A stretch of DNA of 64,000 bases from Desulfobacterales bacterium (GTDB lineage Bacteria; Desulfobacterota; Desulfobacteria; Desulfobacterales; UBA5852), in the NCBI GenBank assembly GCA_963674755.2, contig CAXXVS010000002.1:64001-128000 (forward strand), given 5' to 3'. The notes under the pieces were generated by a model. That model was not told the DNA's origin. It saw only the letters and a program-made list of their open reading frames with translations, and searched no databases. The position numbers and the translations under genes were made by a program. Position 1 is the first letter of the stretch; each line of letters opens with the position of its first letter. Positions 30,425 through 40,386 of this stretch are shown here, piece by piece.

Positions 30425-30478
30425 GAAGTGGTTAAGTTTTAAGTGATTAAGTTTTAAGTGATTAAGTGGTTAAGGTAA
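30421..30478. repeat. Tandem 7-8-nt TTAAG-based array (left arm); inverted partner at 31085-31122
   Basis: ttaagtgg/ttaagtt/ttaagtga units. Confidence 0.8.
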
Positions 30479-30757
30479 AAACTGCGGTTAGGCGCGTCAG
30501 CTCATGAATTGGTAGTGGGAACGTTTATGTTTCAGGGCTTTAAGGGGAACAACAGGGAGCGTCCGCATCCAAGCGACGCGATTTCGGCCTTTATGGTGTT
30601 AATGCGTTTGACGCTACCCATAACCTTAAATGCCTAAAGCTCTATAACCTTTCATTCAATTCCCTTGGTGGTTCGATCCCGATTTCATACCGATAGTCGC
30701 TATGAGTCCCGAAGCCTACTTTTCTTCTTCTTTTGGTCCTTAGTTTCGATTTAAGCC

Positions 30758-31082
30758 CTCCACCTCTGGTGGAGGACCCGGAGAGGTTTTACCGATCCGG
30801 GGTGGCTTTACATCAATTGGTTCCTTCATTTTCTTTCACGTGAAAGAAAACAGAAGCAAAAGAAAACGCCCGTGTCCCGCTTAATCCTGCGCGTCGTCGA
30901 GGTGGCCGGAGCGCGCGGAAACTCGCTTTGCTCAGACAGTCCGCGCGCTTTTTTCCGGCCGCATCGCCGATGCTCGGCGCGGGACAAAGGGAAATTCAAA
31001 ACCAAAACCTCAAAAACTGTTTTCCAGCCCCCTTCGAGGGGGCTTCCTGAGGCCTCCCGCTAAGCGGGAGGAGGCTCATTGA
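30758..31082. repeat. Palindromic repeat family B, copy 1
   Basis: ttttctttcacgtgaaagaaaa palindrome plus nested stems; homologous to 50037-50230, 56369-56505 and 38791-38860. Confidence 0.85.
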
Positions 31083-31121
31083 AGTTACCTTAACCACTTA
31101 AAACTTAATCACTTAACCACT

Positions 31122-32729
31122 TTAAAAAACAACCGCCTGCCCATCCTTCCGCGGATCCGACCCGGCCCAATAGACATCGCCCTGTTTGAGAATGAGCTGG
31201 GCGCCGCCGTAGCCCCAATAGGGATCCTCATCGATGATGACATGGCCCCGCCGGGCCAGCTCGTCCTTTATCCCGGCCGGGATGCCGGGCTCCAGGCTGA
31301 TGCGTCCGTCTTCGGCAATGTGCCAGCGCGGCGCATCACAGGCCGCCTGGGGATTCTGGCTGTAGTCGAAGAGCCGCACCACCATCTGGAGGTGTCCCTG
31401 GGGCTGCATGTAGCCCCCCATCACCCCGAAGCTCAACAGGGGCTGCCCGTTGCGGGTGACAAAGCCGGGAATGATGGTGTGGTAGGGGCGTTTGCTGCCG
31501 CCCACTTCATTGGGGTGGTTCTTTTCCAGGGTGAAGCCCAGGGCCCGGTTCTGGAGGCTGATGCCGGTGCCCGGCACCACTACGCCGGAGCCGAAGCCCG
31601 TGAAATTGGACTGGATCATGGAAACCATCCCGCCGTTGTGATCGGCGGCGGTCAGGTAGACCGTGCCGGCATCGAAAGGCAGGCTGCCGGCGGGCGCGGC
31701 GGCCCGGTCCGGGCGGATGGTCTCGGCCTGGCGGGTCAGGAAATCGGGTGCCAATAGATCTGCCGGGGTCACCCGCATGCAGCGGGGATCGGCGATGTGG
31801 CAGGCCGCCAGGGCGAACCCGATCTTCATGGCTTCGATCTGGAGGTGCAGGCTGTCGGCGGAATCCACCGGGTGGGTCCCCAGGTCGAAACAGGCCAGAA
31901 CCCCCAGGGCGATCAGGGCGGCCAACCCCTGACCGTTGGGCGGAATTTCGTGAACTTCCACATCCCGGTAGGCCACGGAAAGCGGCGTGACCCACTCGCA
32001 GCGGTGGCCGGCCAGGTCCTCCCGGTTCAGGGCGGCCCCGTGGGTCGCGGCATCGGCTGCGATGCGCTCGGCCAGGGCCCCGCGGTAGAAGGATTCCCCG
32101 TGGGTGGCGGCAATCTCCTGAAGCGTGCGGGCCATGTCCGGGCAGCGGAAGATTTCCCCCGGACGGGGGGCGCGTCCTTCCGGCAAAAAGGCGGCCCCAA
32201 AGGCCTCGAAATCCCGGTAGGTCTCGGCGGCTTCGGCCCAGCGCCGGGCGGTGAGGGGGGATACCGGATAGCCCCCGGCCGCATAGGCCAGGGCCGGGCC
32301 AAAGAGCGCTTCGAAAGGCAGGTTCCCGAAGCGGGACGACAACTGAGCCCAGGTATCCACGGCACCGGGCACGGTGACGGCCTCCCAGCCGTGGACGGGC
32401 ATGGTGTCAAGGTCGGCAAAGCGCGCCGGCGTCCACCCGGCGGGGGAGCGGCCGGAGCCGTTGATGCCGGTCAGGGCCTCACCGTCCCACACCAGGGCAA
32501 AGGCGTCGCTGCCCAGCCCGTTGCTGGTGGGCTCCACCACGGTCAGGGCGATGGCCGTAGCCAGGGCGGCATCCACGGCGTTGCCGCCCTGCTGGAGCAT
32601 ACGCAGTCCGGCCTGGGCCGCCAGCGGTTGGGAAGTGGCCACGGCGTTGGCGCCCATGACCGGCATGCGGCGGGAAGGGTAGGGGTATTGCCAGAGGGAT
32701 TCTTCGTTGCGAGACTGGGATTCGTTCAA
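31122..32729 (-). CDS. ggt: Gamma-glutamyltransferase family protein
   Basis: GGNAVDAA, GLGSDAF, TVPGAV, PPNGQG, TVYL (Thr nucleophile), RPYHTI, GVMGG, SDPRKDG. Confidence 0.9.
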   Translation of the reverse strand: MNESQSRNEESLWQYPYPSRRMPVMGANAVATSQPLAAQAGLRMLQQGGNAVDAALATAIALTVVEPTSNGLGSDAFALVWDGEALTGINGSGRSPAGWTPARFADLDTMPVHGWEAVTVPGAVDTWAQLSSRFGNLPFEALFGPALAYAAGGYPVSPLTARRWAEAAETYRDFEAFGAAFLPEGRAPRPGEIFRCPDMARTLQEIAATHGESFYRGALAERIAADAATHGAALNREDLAGHRCEWVTPLSVAYRDVEVHEIPPNGQGLAALIALGVLACFDLGTHPVDSADSLHLQIEAMKIGFALAACHIADPRCMRVTPADLLAPDFLTRQAETIRPDRAAAPAGSLPFDAGTVYLTAADHNGGMVSMIQSNFTGFGSGVVVPGTGISLQNRALGFTLEKNHPNEVGGSKRPYHTIIPGFVTRNGQPLLSFGVMGGYMQPQGHLQMVVRLFDYSQNPQAACDAPRWHIAEDGRISLEPGIPAGIKDELARRGHVIIDEDPYWGYGGAQLILKQGDVYWAGSDPRKDGQAVVF

Positions 32730-32832
32730 CTATACCTCCATAATGGAATGCGGAAAGAAAAAGCTGTTAAGCTCGTGAGCTGGTAAGCTGTTTAGCAAGA
32801 GAAAGAAACCCATTCAACAGTTCACAAGCTTA

Positions 32833-35673
32833 TTATCTGTTTTTCAATCGTTTCGCTACAATCTCCACCGGGTGGCGGATGGGCAAGTGGGAGAATTCTT
32901 CCATCTGCATCCGGCAGGTGGGGCAGTCGGTAACCCCGTAGTGGGCCCCGGAACGGTCGAGCTGGCTGATCAGGTCTTCGCCGATGGTGCGGCTCAGTTC
33001 GAAGTGCGCGGCCGTCATGCCCCAGCTGCCGGCCATGCCGCAGCAGTGGGTCTTCAGGGGGTGGACACGGACCTTATCCAGAGCGGCCAGCATATCCACC
33101 GAAGCGCTGGGAGCCACCTGGATTTTGAGGTGGCAGGGAGCGTGGTAGGCCAGTTCCAACGGGGGGCCGGCGGTATGCAGGCGGTCCCCGAAGCGGTTGA
33201 CAAGCCGACTGATGTGGATGGTTTTCGCCCCCAGGTTGGCGATGGCGGCCGAATCCGCGAGGGTGGTCCATTCCTGTTGCAGGGCATAGCCGCAGGAGGA
33301 GCAGGTGACCACGATGGCATCGACCGCGGCCGCTTGTTGGCTCCACTGGCGCAGGTTGGCCTGAACCTTGGCGCGGGCTGCACGGGCCATACCCTTGGAC
33401 AGCAGGGGCAGGCCGCAGCAATGCTGTTTGGGCAGATGCACCGTGCAACCGAGGTGCTCCAGCACCCGGATGGCGGCGGTCCCGATTTCCGGGCGGATAT
33501 AGCCCGCATAGCAGCCGGCGAAGTAGAGCACCCGGAAGCCGGATGACGCGCTGCGCGGTTCGGCCCGGGCCGCCAGGGGGCGCGGATCGAAGGCCGGCAA
33601 ACGACGCCGGGCGGAGATTCCCGTGGTTTTTTCCATGAGACGGCGTACCGGCGCCAGGGCCATCAGGGGAGCCGTGAGGGGGCTGAAGGGATGCGTGAAA
33701 CGGGCCCCCAGCTCCACGTTGGCCAGCAGGTGGTCGGTCAGGGGCGATCCAAAGCGTTCGGCATAGCGGGCGCGTGCCTCGATGGCCATTTGGGGGATGT
33801 TGACGTTGGAGGGGCACTCGTAATGGCAGCTGCCGCAGCTGACGCAGTGGCGCATGACCTCCTGGAAGGCTTCCGTGTAAAGGGCCTGGTCATCAATGGC
33901 GCCACTGATCAAGGCCCGCAGGACATTGGCCTTGGCCTTGGGGGAAGCGGCCTCCTCCCGGGTGAATTTATAGACCGGGCACATGCGGGTGGCCGTGGTT
34001 ACCGTGGTGCACTGGGAGCAGCCGTGGCATTTTTCGACGGCCTCGCAAAACCCTTCCTCCTCCCAGTGAAGCCGGGGTTTTTCCGGATCCCGGCTGCGGT
34101 AGGCGGCGCCATAGCGCAGCGCGCGGGTCATCTGGTCAGGCTGGTGACGGGTGATGATGGCGGGGTTGAGGCGGCCGTCCGGGTCCAGCAGGGCCTTGGT
34201 CGTCAGGAAAAGGCCGTAGATGTCCGGGTAGCGCCGCTGGATGTAGGCGCTGCGCAGCCGTCCGTCGCCGTGTTCGCCGGAGACGGTGCCGTCCAGGTCG
34301 CGCACCATGGTGTAGTAGTCGTCCGCGATGGCCTGCAGCCGCCCCAGGTCGCGTTCATCCTTGAGATCCAGCAGGGGACGGGTGTGCAGGAGGCCCTTGG
34401 CGATATGGCCGTAGATCACGAACGGCACCTTGTGGCCTTCCAGCACCCGGTAGACGCCTTCGAAAAAGGGGACCAGGTTGCGGATGGGCACGGCGGCATC
34501 TTCCACCAGGGCCAGGATTTTGCGGCGGCCCCTCATCTTGTAGAGGATGGGCACGGCGGCCTTGCGCACCGCCCAGAAACGCTCCTTCTCCCGGGCCGTG
34601 ACGGCGGTGTAGGCGCGCTGGGTAAAGCCCCCGGAGCGCAAAAGGGCCTGCACGGCCTCGGCCTGCCGGGAGCACTCTTCGTTGGTGAAACCGTCGAATT
34701 CGATCAGCAGCACATTGTCCACGTCCTCGGGGACGGCCTGGCGAAGGGCGGGGTTGCTTTCGCAAGCCAGCCGGAGCAGGGAGCGGTCCATGATTTCGAT
34801 GCCCGAGGGGGCCATGGGCAGGATCTGCTGGACTGCCCGGGCGGATGCCACGATAGCGTCCATGAAGGCCACCACCAGGCTGTCATGGGGTGGCTTTTCC
34901 TTCAGGCGGAAGGTGAGCCGGGTGACGATGCCCAGGGTGCCTTCGGCCCCGGCCAGCAGGCGCCGCAGGTCCAGGCGTCCTTCCCGCACCAAGCCCCGCA
35001 GGTTGTAGCCCGCCGAATTGTAGGGCGTGTCCGGGTAGGCGGTCCGGATGCGTCCGGCATTCTCCTCGTAGAGGGCGGCCAGCCGCTGGAAATGGGCCGG
35101 CAGGGTGCGGGGTTCGCGGGTCATGATTTCCGAGAGCCGGATAACGCTTCCGTCGGCCAGCACCACTTCGGCATCTTCCAGGTAGTCGGCCGTGTTGCCG
35201 TACTTCACCGAATGGGCCCCGCTGGCGTTGGTCCCCAGCATGCCGCCAAAGGTGGCGTATTCCCCGCTGGAGGGATCGGGCGGGAAAAAGAGCCCCTGGT
35301 TCTTGAGAAGCGCCTGGAGTTCGCCGAAGCGGTAGCCCGGCTGGCAGGTGAATGTTTTAGCGGCTCTATCCAGCCCGATGAGACGGTTCATGTAGCGGGT
35401 GAAATCGATGACCAGGCCCCGGCCCAGGGCGCTGCCGCACAGCCCGCTGCCAGCCCCCCGGGGGTGCAGGGTCAGATTGTACCGGGCGGCGAAGCGCACC
35501 GTGCGCCGCACGTCTTCCGTATGACGGGGGTAGACCACCCCGGCCGGCCGCACGCTGAAAATACTGCCGTCCGTGGCCAGCATGACACGGCACAGGGCAT
35601 CGGTATGGACTTCGCCGGAAAGCGTTTTTTGTAAAAGGCTGAAATCGATGGGGGGTGAAGCGTTGGTTGTCAT
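32833..35673 (-). CDS. FAD-linked 2-hydroxyacid oxidoreductase fused to Fe-S/CCG domains (GlcD-GlcF / D-lactate dehydrogenase-like)
   Basis: PRGAGSGL, GAEGTLG, GEHGDG, two CxxCxxC clusters, and two CCG motifs. Confidence 0.9.
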   Translation of the reverse strand: MTTNASPPIDFSLLQKTLSGEVHTDALCRVMLATDGSIFSVRPAGVVYPRHTEDVRRTVRFAARYNLTLHPRGAGSGLCGSALGRGLVIDFTRYMNRLIGLDRAAKTFTCQPGYRFGELQALLKNQGLFFPPDPSSGEYATFGGMLGTNASGAHSVKYGNTADYLEDAEVVLADGSVIRLSEIMTREPRTLPAHFQRLAALYEENAGRIRTAYPDTPYNSAGYNLRGLVREGRLDLRRLLAGAEGTLGIVTRLTFRLKEKPPHDSLVVAFMDAIVASARAVQQILPMAPSGIEIMDRSLLRLACESNPALRQAVPEDVDNVLLIEFDGFTNEECSRQAEAVQALLRSGGFTQRAYTAVTAREKERFWAVRKAAVPILYKMRGRRKILALVEDAAVPIRNLVPFFEGVYRVLEGHKVPFVIYGHIAKGLLHTRPLLDLKDERDLGRLQAIADDYYTMVRDLDGTVSGEHGDGRLRSAYIQRRYPDIYGLFLTTKALLDPDGRLNPAIITRHQPDQMTRALRYGAAYRSRDPEKPRLHWEEEGFCEAVEKCHGCSQCTTVTTATRMCPVYKFTREEAASPKAKANVLRALISGAIDDQALYTEAFQEVMRHCVSCGSCHYECPSNVNIPQMAIEARARYAERFGSPLTDHLLANVELGARFTHPFSPLTAPLMALAPVRRLMEKTTGISARRRLPAFDPRPLAARAEPRSASSGFRVLYFAGCYAGYIRPEIGTAAIRVLEHLGCTVHLPKQHCCGLPLLSKGMARAARAKVQANLRQWSQQAAAVDAIVVTCSSCGYALQQEWTTLADSAAIANLGAKTIHISRLVNRFGDRLHTAGPPLELAYHAPCHLKIQVAPSASVDMLAALDKVRVHPLKTHCCGMAGSWGMTAAHFELSRTIGEDLISQLDRSGAHYGVTDCPTCRMQMEEFSHLPIRHPVEIVAKRLKNR

Positions 35674-35828
35674 GGAATCGAGGAATAAAGTAATAAAGTG
35701 GTTAAGTTTTAAGTGATTATGGTTTTAAAGATTTAGGGGTTTAAGAGAAAAAGGCGGGGATCGTCCGCTTCGAGGGTAAAGATGTTGACCTTAACCCTAA
35801 ACCTGTAAATCCCTAAGACGTTAAAACC

Positions 35829-36578
35829 CTATATCTTTTTCCTTTTTCCGTTGCCATTGTTATCCGCGGCCAGTCCGGCTTCGCGGGCGTTGTCTTCGGC
35901 GTAGTGCAGGTGCTCCGCCATGGCCTGGTAGGCGGCCTGGCGGTCGCGCCGGGCAATGGCCTCCACGATGGCGGTATGCTGGGCAAGCAATGCATCGAAA
36001 GTTTTCCGATCGTCGTAGAGATCGGCGTAGACCTTGTGGGTCACCTGCTTGATCCAGTCGGAAATGCTGTTCATCATGTGCACCAGAAAACGGTTGCGCG
36101 AGGCCGTGGAGATGAGAAAGTGCAGGCGGACATTGAGTTCGTAGCTGATAGGGCCTTCCCGCCGCGCCCGGCGCATGTCGTCCAGGCAGGTCCGCATGGC
36201 TGTGATCTCTTCGTCCTGGACGCGTTCGGCCGCGGTGGCCGCGCCCCAGGTTTCCAGAACGGCCCGGATTTCCATCAGGTCGAAGATAAAATCGTCTTTC
36301 TTGATGAGCTCCTGCATCATGTCCGTCATAGGGCCGGCCGTGGCTGAACGCACGAAGGTGCCGTCCCCCTGGCGCTGATCGACAAAGCCCAGGCACTCCA
36401 GCTTGAGGATGGCCTCGCGCACCGAGGAACGGCTGACGTCCATCATGGTGGTCAGCTCCCGCTCCGGTGGCAGCTTGTCGCCCGGCAGCAGGCGGCCGCT
36501 GGTGATGAGATCGCGCACCTGGTCGAAAACCCGGTCGCTGACTTTTTTCTGGGGTATTTTTTTAAAAAGCGCTGTCAT
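35829..36578 (-). CDS. FadR/GntR-family regulator (LldR/PdhR-like)
   Basis: PGDKLPPERELT..VSRSSVREA and RQGDGTFV; FCD domain. Confidence 0.92.
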   Translation of the reverse strand: MTALFKKIPQKKVSDRVFDQVRDLITSGRLLPGDKLPPERELTTMMDVSRSSVREAILKLECLGFVDQRQGDGTFVRSATAGPMTDMMQELIKKDDFIFDLMEIRAVLETWGAATAAERVQDEEITAMRTCLDDMRRARREGPISYELNVRLHFLISTASRNRFLVHMMNSISDWIKQVTHKVYADLYDDRKTFDALLAQHTAIVEAIARRDRQAAYQAMAEHLHYAEDNAREAGLAADNNGNGKRKKI

Positions 36579-36727
36579 GGTTATTTAGGTCAAACCCTGT
36601 GGATTGCGGCGGGATGCGTTATTCGCGATTCATCCCCGGGTCAGGGGAGGGGCCGTGCGCCTCCTCTGTCCATTTATTGGGGCTCCAAGCCGTTGGGATT
36701 AAGGTTTTGTGTCGATGTCCTGGCCGG

Positions 36728-38695
36728 TCAGGTCAAGGCCACCTCGGCCGCCCGGCGGCTGATCATTTTCTGCACCATGACCAGACCTGTGAACAGGGCC
36801 AATCCGCCCAGGTGCAGGACAAAAGACGGTATCACCAGCGGTGTTTCCCCGGCGGAAAGCGATACCTGCGGCCAGAGCAGGAGGGCGGCCGTAATCAGGT
36901 AGAGCAGCCGCAGGCCCCAGTTCAGCAGGATGACATGGAAGCCTTCAAACATGGCCGCCGCGCAGAACAGACCCAGCAGGGCGGCGATGGACGTTTCGAT
37001 GACCTGCCAGATCGGCCCTTCGAAGAGAATGGGCGTGTACACGAAAAGCAGTGGGATGATGTAGATGCCCTTGGCCAATTTCCATGATTCGAAGCCGGTT
37101 TCCAGCGGTTTGCTGCCGGAGATCCCGGCAGCCGAATAGGCGGCCAGGCAGACCGGCGGGGTGACGTTGGCGTCCTGGGAGTACCAGAAGATCAGCATGT
37201 GGGAGGCGATCAGGGAGGCCCCCAGCATCTCCATGGACGGCGCCGCCAGGACCGCCAGCACGATGTAGGAGGCGGTTACCGGCAACCCCATGCCCAGCAC
37301 GAGGGAGGCCAGGGCTACCAGGACGATGGTGATAAAAAGGTTACCGCCGGAAATGGTGGAAATCATGATGGAGAACTTGATGCCGGCGCCCACCATGAGG
37401 ACCACGCCCACCACGATCCCCGAGCACAGCAGGATGACGCCGGTGGAGACCATGTTGCGGGACCCATGGGCCATGGCATCGAGGATGTCCTGGAAGCCCA
37501 TACGGGTTTTCTTGTTGAGCCAGGAGGATACCACGATGGCCCCAATGCCGACGCAGGCCGCGAAAGTGGGGGTGAACCCGTAGACCAGCAGGCCCATCAG
37601 CACCCCGATGGGGATGAAGAAATGCCAGCCTTCTTTGAGGACCGCCCCGATGGACGGAATTTCGCTTTTGTCCAGAGCCTGCAGGCCCTGTTTTTTGGCG
37701 CGCAAGTGAACGAAGAAGGCCACGCTGATGAAATACAGCAGGGCCGGGATGATGGCCACCCCCACGATGGTCAGATAGGGGATCTGGGTCCACTGGCTCA
37801 TGATAAAGGCGCCCGCCCCCATGATGGGCGGCATGAGCTGGCCGCCGGTGGAGGCGGCCGCTTCCACGCCGCCGGCGAACTTGGGGGAGAACCCGACCCG
37901 TTTCATCAGGGGGATCGTGATGGAGCCGGTGCCCACCGTGTTGGCCACGGCGCTGCCGGAAATGGAGCCCATCAGGCCGCTGGCGAAGACCGCCATCTTG
38001 GCCGGCCCGCCGATCATGCGGCCCATGACAGCCACCGAGAGTTGGATGATAAAATCCCCTGCGCCGGATTTCAGCAGAAAGGCGGCAAAGAGTACAAATA
38101 GAAAGACAAACGTGGAGGAGATGGTGGCAATCGTCCCGAAGATGCCGTCCGGGGCGAAGTACATGCGGTAGAGCATGCGCTCTACGGTCACACCGGGAAA
38201 GTTCCACAGGCCGCCCATATACTTGCCGAACCAGAGGGCGTAGCCGAGAAAAACGGCCGCAATGGAAGGGATGATGTAGCCGGCCGTGCGTCGCGTGATC
38301 TCGATCATCAGCACAATGGCGATGGCCGCGAAGACCATATCCACGGCAATGGGAACTTCGTTGCGGGCATGCAGGGCGTCTTCGAAGAGCACCAGGTAGC
38401 AGCCGGTGGCCACGGCCAGGACGGCCAGCCCGTAGTCGATAAAGCGGGTCTGGCGTGCGAATCGGCTGCTGACGGGGTAGATGATAAACCCCATGAAAAG
38501 CACGAAGGCAAAGTGCAAGGCGTTGCGTTGGATTTCGGGCATGATGCCGATGGTGTTGACCCACAGGTGAAAGAGAGCCATCAGAACGCCGGCCCAGTAT
38601 ATGACGCGGGCCTGCAAGCCTTCCAGGCGGCGCTGGGTGGAACGGGACTCGCCGCTGACTTCGGTTGTGGTGGCGGAATCGTCGGGTGCGGGCAT
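36728..38695 (-). CDS. TRAP transporter fused permease (4TM/12TM)
   Basis: GGPAK, GSAVAN, EAAASTGGQLMPPIMGAGAF, LGMGLP and TPPVCLAA motifs. Confidence 0.92.
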   Translation of the reverse strand: MPAPDDSATTTEVSGESRSTQRRLEGLQARVIYWAGVLMALFHLWVNTIGIMPEIQRNALHFAFVLFMGFIIYPVSSRFARQTRFIDYGLAVLAVATGCYLVLFEDALHARNEVPIAVDMVFAAIAIVLMIEITRRTAGYIIPSIAAVFLGYALWFGKYMGGLWNFPGVTVERMLYRMYFAPDGIFGTIATISSTFVFLFVLFAAFLLKSGAGDFIIQLSVAVMGRMIGGPAKMAVFASGLMGSISGSAVANTVGTGSITIPLMKRVGFSPKFAGGVEAAASTGGQLMPPIMGAGAFIMSQWTQIPYLTIVGVAIIPALLYFISVAFFVHLRAKKQGLQALDKSEIPSIGAVLKEGWHFFIPIGVLMGLLVYGFTPTFAACVGIGAIVVSSWLNKKTRMGFQDILDAMAHGSRNMVSTGVILLCSGIVVGVVLMVGAGIKFSIMISTISGGNLFITIVLVALASLVLGMGLPVTASYIVLAVLAAPSMEMLGASLIASHMLIFWYSQDANVTPPVCLAAYSAAGISGSKPLETGFESWKLAKGIYIIPLLFVYTPILFEGPIWQVIETSIAALLGLFCAAAMFEGFHVILLNWGLRLLYLITAALLLWPQVSLSAGETPLVIPSFVLHLGGLALFTGLVMVQKMISRRAAEVALT

Positions 38696-38967
38696 GGGTG
38701 GATCGTCCTTCCGTGACGGCTGCTTGCCGATTTTAGCGCTTGTCGCTTCTGGCGGTGGCATTAGGAGAAGGCATCGGCCTTTCAAGGGCGGTTACGTTGC
38801 TTGCGTGTGAAAGAAACGTAAGCGTCGTGTCCCGCTTAATGCGGCCCGTCGTCCCATCCGCCGATCAAGTGGCGCCTCATGTCGCCGAAGCCCGGCGGAG
38901 GCAAAGGGGGGGTGATTTCACCCCCCCTCCTCATCCGTTATAAGAGAACGCGCTGCCATCTGTTGAG

Positions 38968-39969
38968 CTACATCAGGCTGGCCGGGATCTGGATGCCCTG
39001 CTCCTTGTAATATTTGATGGCACCGGGATGCAGCGGCACCGGGAGTCCGCTGATAGCGCGTTCCAGGCTCATGGCTTTGGTGGCTTTGTGAATGTTGGTG
39101 AGGAACGGCAGGTTTTCATAAATGGTCTTGGTGATCAGGTAGACGGTTTCTTCGGAGAGGTCCGGAGTGACCGCCAGGAAATTGGGCTGGGAGATGGTCC
39201 GGATGTCTTTCTCCTGCCCGGGATAGGTACCGGCCTTGACGACGTAGCGGTTCCAGATGGGGTATTTCTTCTGGATGGTGGCCAGTTGTTCGTCGCTGAA
39301 ATCCAGCACCTTGATTTTTTTGTTGCCCATCTGGGCGAAGAGCTGGGTGACGGCGGCCACCGGGGGGCCGGCCGGGGTGTTCATGCCGGCGATGCGTCCG
39401 TCCATCATGGCCTGGGCCGAAGGGGTATAGGCCAGGTATTCGAGAGTCATCTCTTTCTCAGGGTCGATGCCCAGAGCGGCCAGGATCGTGCGGCCGGAGC
39501 CCTCGGTGCCGCTGCCCCGCTTACCGATGGAGAATTTCTGGCCGAAATCCTTCAGGTCCCCGATGGTGCCGGTTTTTTGATATTTGCTCAGAATGGTGAA
39601 GTGTTCCACGTTTTCCCAGAGCATGGTGATGGAACGGAAATCTTTGATGGCCTTGCCCTTGTAAGGCCCTTCGCCGTTGTAAGCGTTAAGCCCAAAGAGG
39701 GATTGGAGGATGGCCATCTGGGCCTCTTTGTTCTTAAGCATCTGGACGTTTTCGCCCGAGCCGGCCGAGTTGATGGCCGTGGCGGTGATCTGATGCTTGC
39801 CGGCCAGTTTGATGCTGATCAGGGTGCCGATAGCCACACCCACCGGGTAGTAGGTGCCGCCGGTGGTGGCTGTTGCGATGATCAGGCTTTCGGCAGCCTT
39901 GGTTTGGTGTGCGCTGAAGCTCAGCACCAGACAGACGGCGACGATTGCGATGAGGAATTTTTTAGCCAC
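38968..39969 (-). CDS. TAXI-family TRAP solute-binding protein
   Basis: IATATTGGTYY, GSGEN, GSGTE, PLHPGA; GTG start after aaggagg. Confidence 0.92.
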   Translation of the reverse strand: MAKKFLIAIVAVCLVLSFSAHQTKAAESLIIATATTGGTYYPVGVAIGTLISIKLAGKHQITATAINSAGSGENVQMLKNKEAQMAILQSLFGLNAYNGEGPYKGKAIKDFRSITMLWENVEHFTILSKYQKTGTIGDLKDFGQKFSIGKRGSGTEGSGRTILAALGIDPEKEMTLEYLAYTPSAQAMMDGRIAGMNTPAGPPVAAVTQLFAQMGNKKIKVLDFSDEQLATIQKKYPIWNRYVVKAGTYPGQEKDIRTISQPNFLAVTPDLSEETVYLITKTIYENLPFLTNIHKATKAMSLERAISGLPVPLHPGAIKYYKEQGIQIPASLM

Positions 39970-40119
39970 GGGACCCTCCTTGGAAAGTTTGGGGTTGAGA
40001 AGGTGCATCGGTTTATACGACCGGTTGCGGGCAGGCCGATCAAGCAGGCGGGCAGGTGGTTGCCGCAATCGGATCGATCCGGCTTTACAGGAACCAAGCT
40101 TTTCGTTATAGGATGTCCG

Positions 40120-40177
40120 ATGGTCAGTGGTCTGACCAATCTATTGTGCTATAGATAACTTCGTTACACGATGTCAA
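40120..40177 (-). promoter_or_regulatory. Putative sigma70 promoter with a FadR-family operator
   Basis: TTGACA (40177-40172)-N18-TATAGC on the minus strand, followed by TGGTCTGACCA (40128-40138), which fits the TGGT-N3-ACCA PdhR/LldR box. The cognate FadR gene is in the operon. Confidence 0.6.
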
Positions 40178-40186
40178 GCATAAATA

Positions 40187-40369
40187 GTGTCCATCCATAT
40201 ATGGCATCTTTTGACCCCTGGCCCGCCGCCGGTGGACCAAATCCACCTTTGGCGGACAAGCTGGCGTTCTCGCCTTCTGTCGGTCCTCGGCGTAGCCGGG
40301 CTACGCCTGTGGGCGCCAGTCGGCTGCGGCCTTGCCAGGAACCAAAATCTACCACCTTGGGATGGACAC
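40187..40369. repeat. MITE/REPIN-like element, family A, copy 4
   Basis: TA-gtgtccatcc...ggatggacac-TA; carries a different internal insert (ccgccgccggtgga...tccacctttggcgg). Confidence 0.88.
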
Positions 40370-40386
40370 TAAATAAGGCAAAGCCC

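Noticed and set aside
30421..31122. TTAAG arrays considered as a CRISPR array or replication origin
   Set aside because: Units are 7-8 nt with no unique spacers; no DnaA-box cluster or rep gene.
40171..40386. N-terminal extensions in the ORF track (also 28028, 26066, 27112, 28195, 38785, 40068, 15605, 49842)
   Set aside because: They run through repeats, intergenic DNA or neighbouring genes; downstream starts fit the family N-termini, usually with a better SD.
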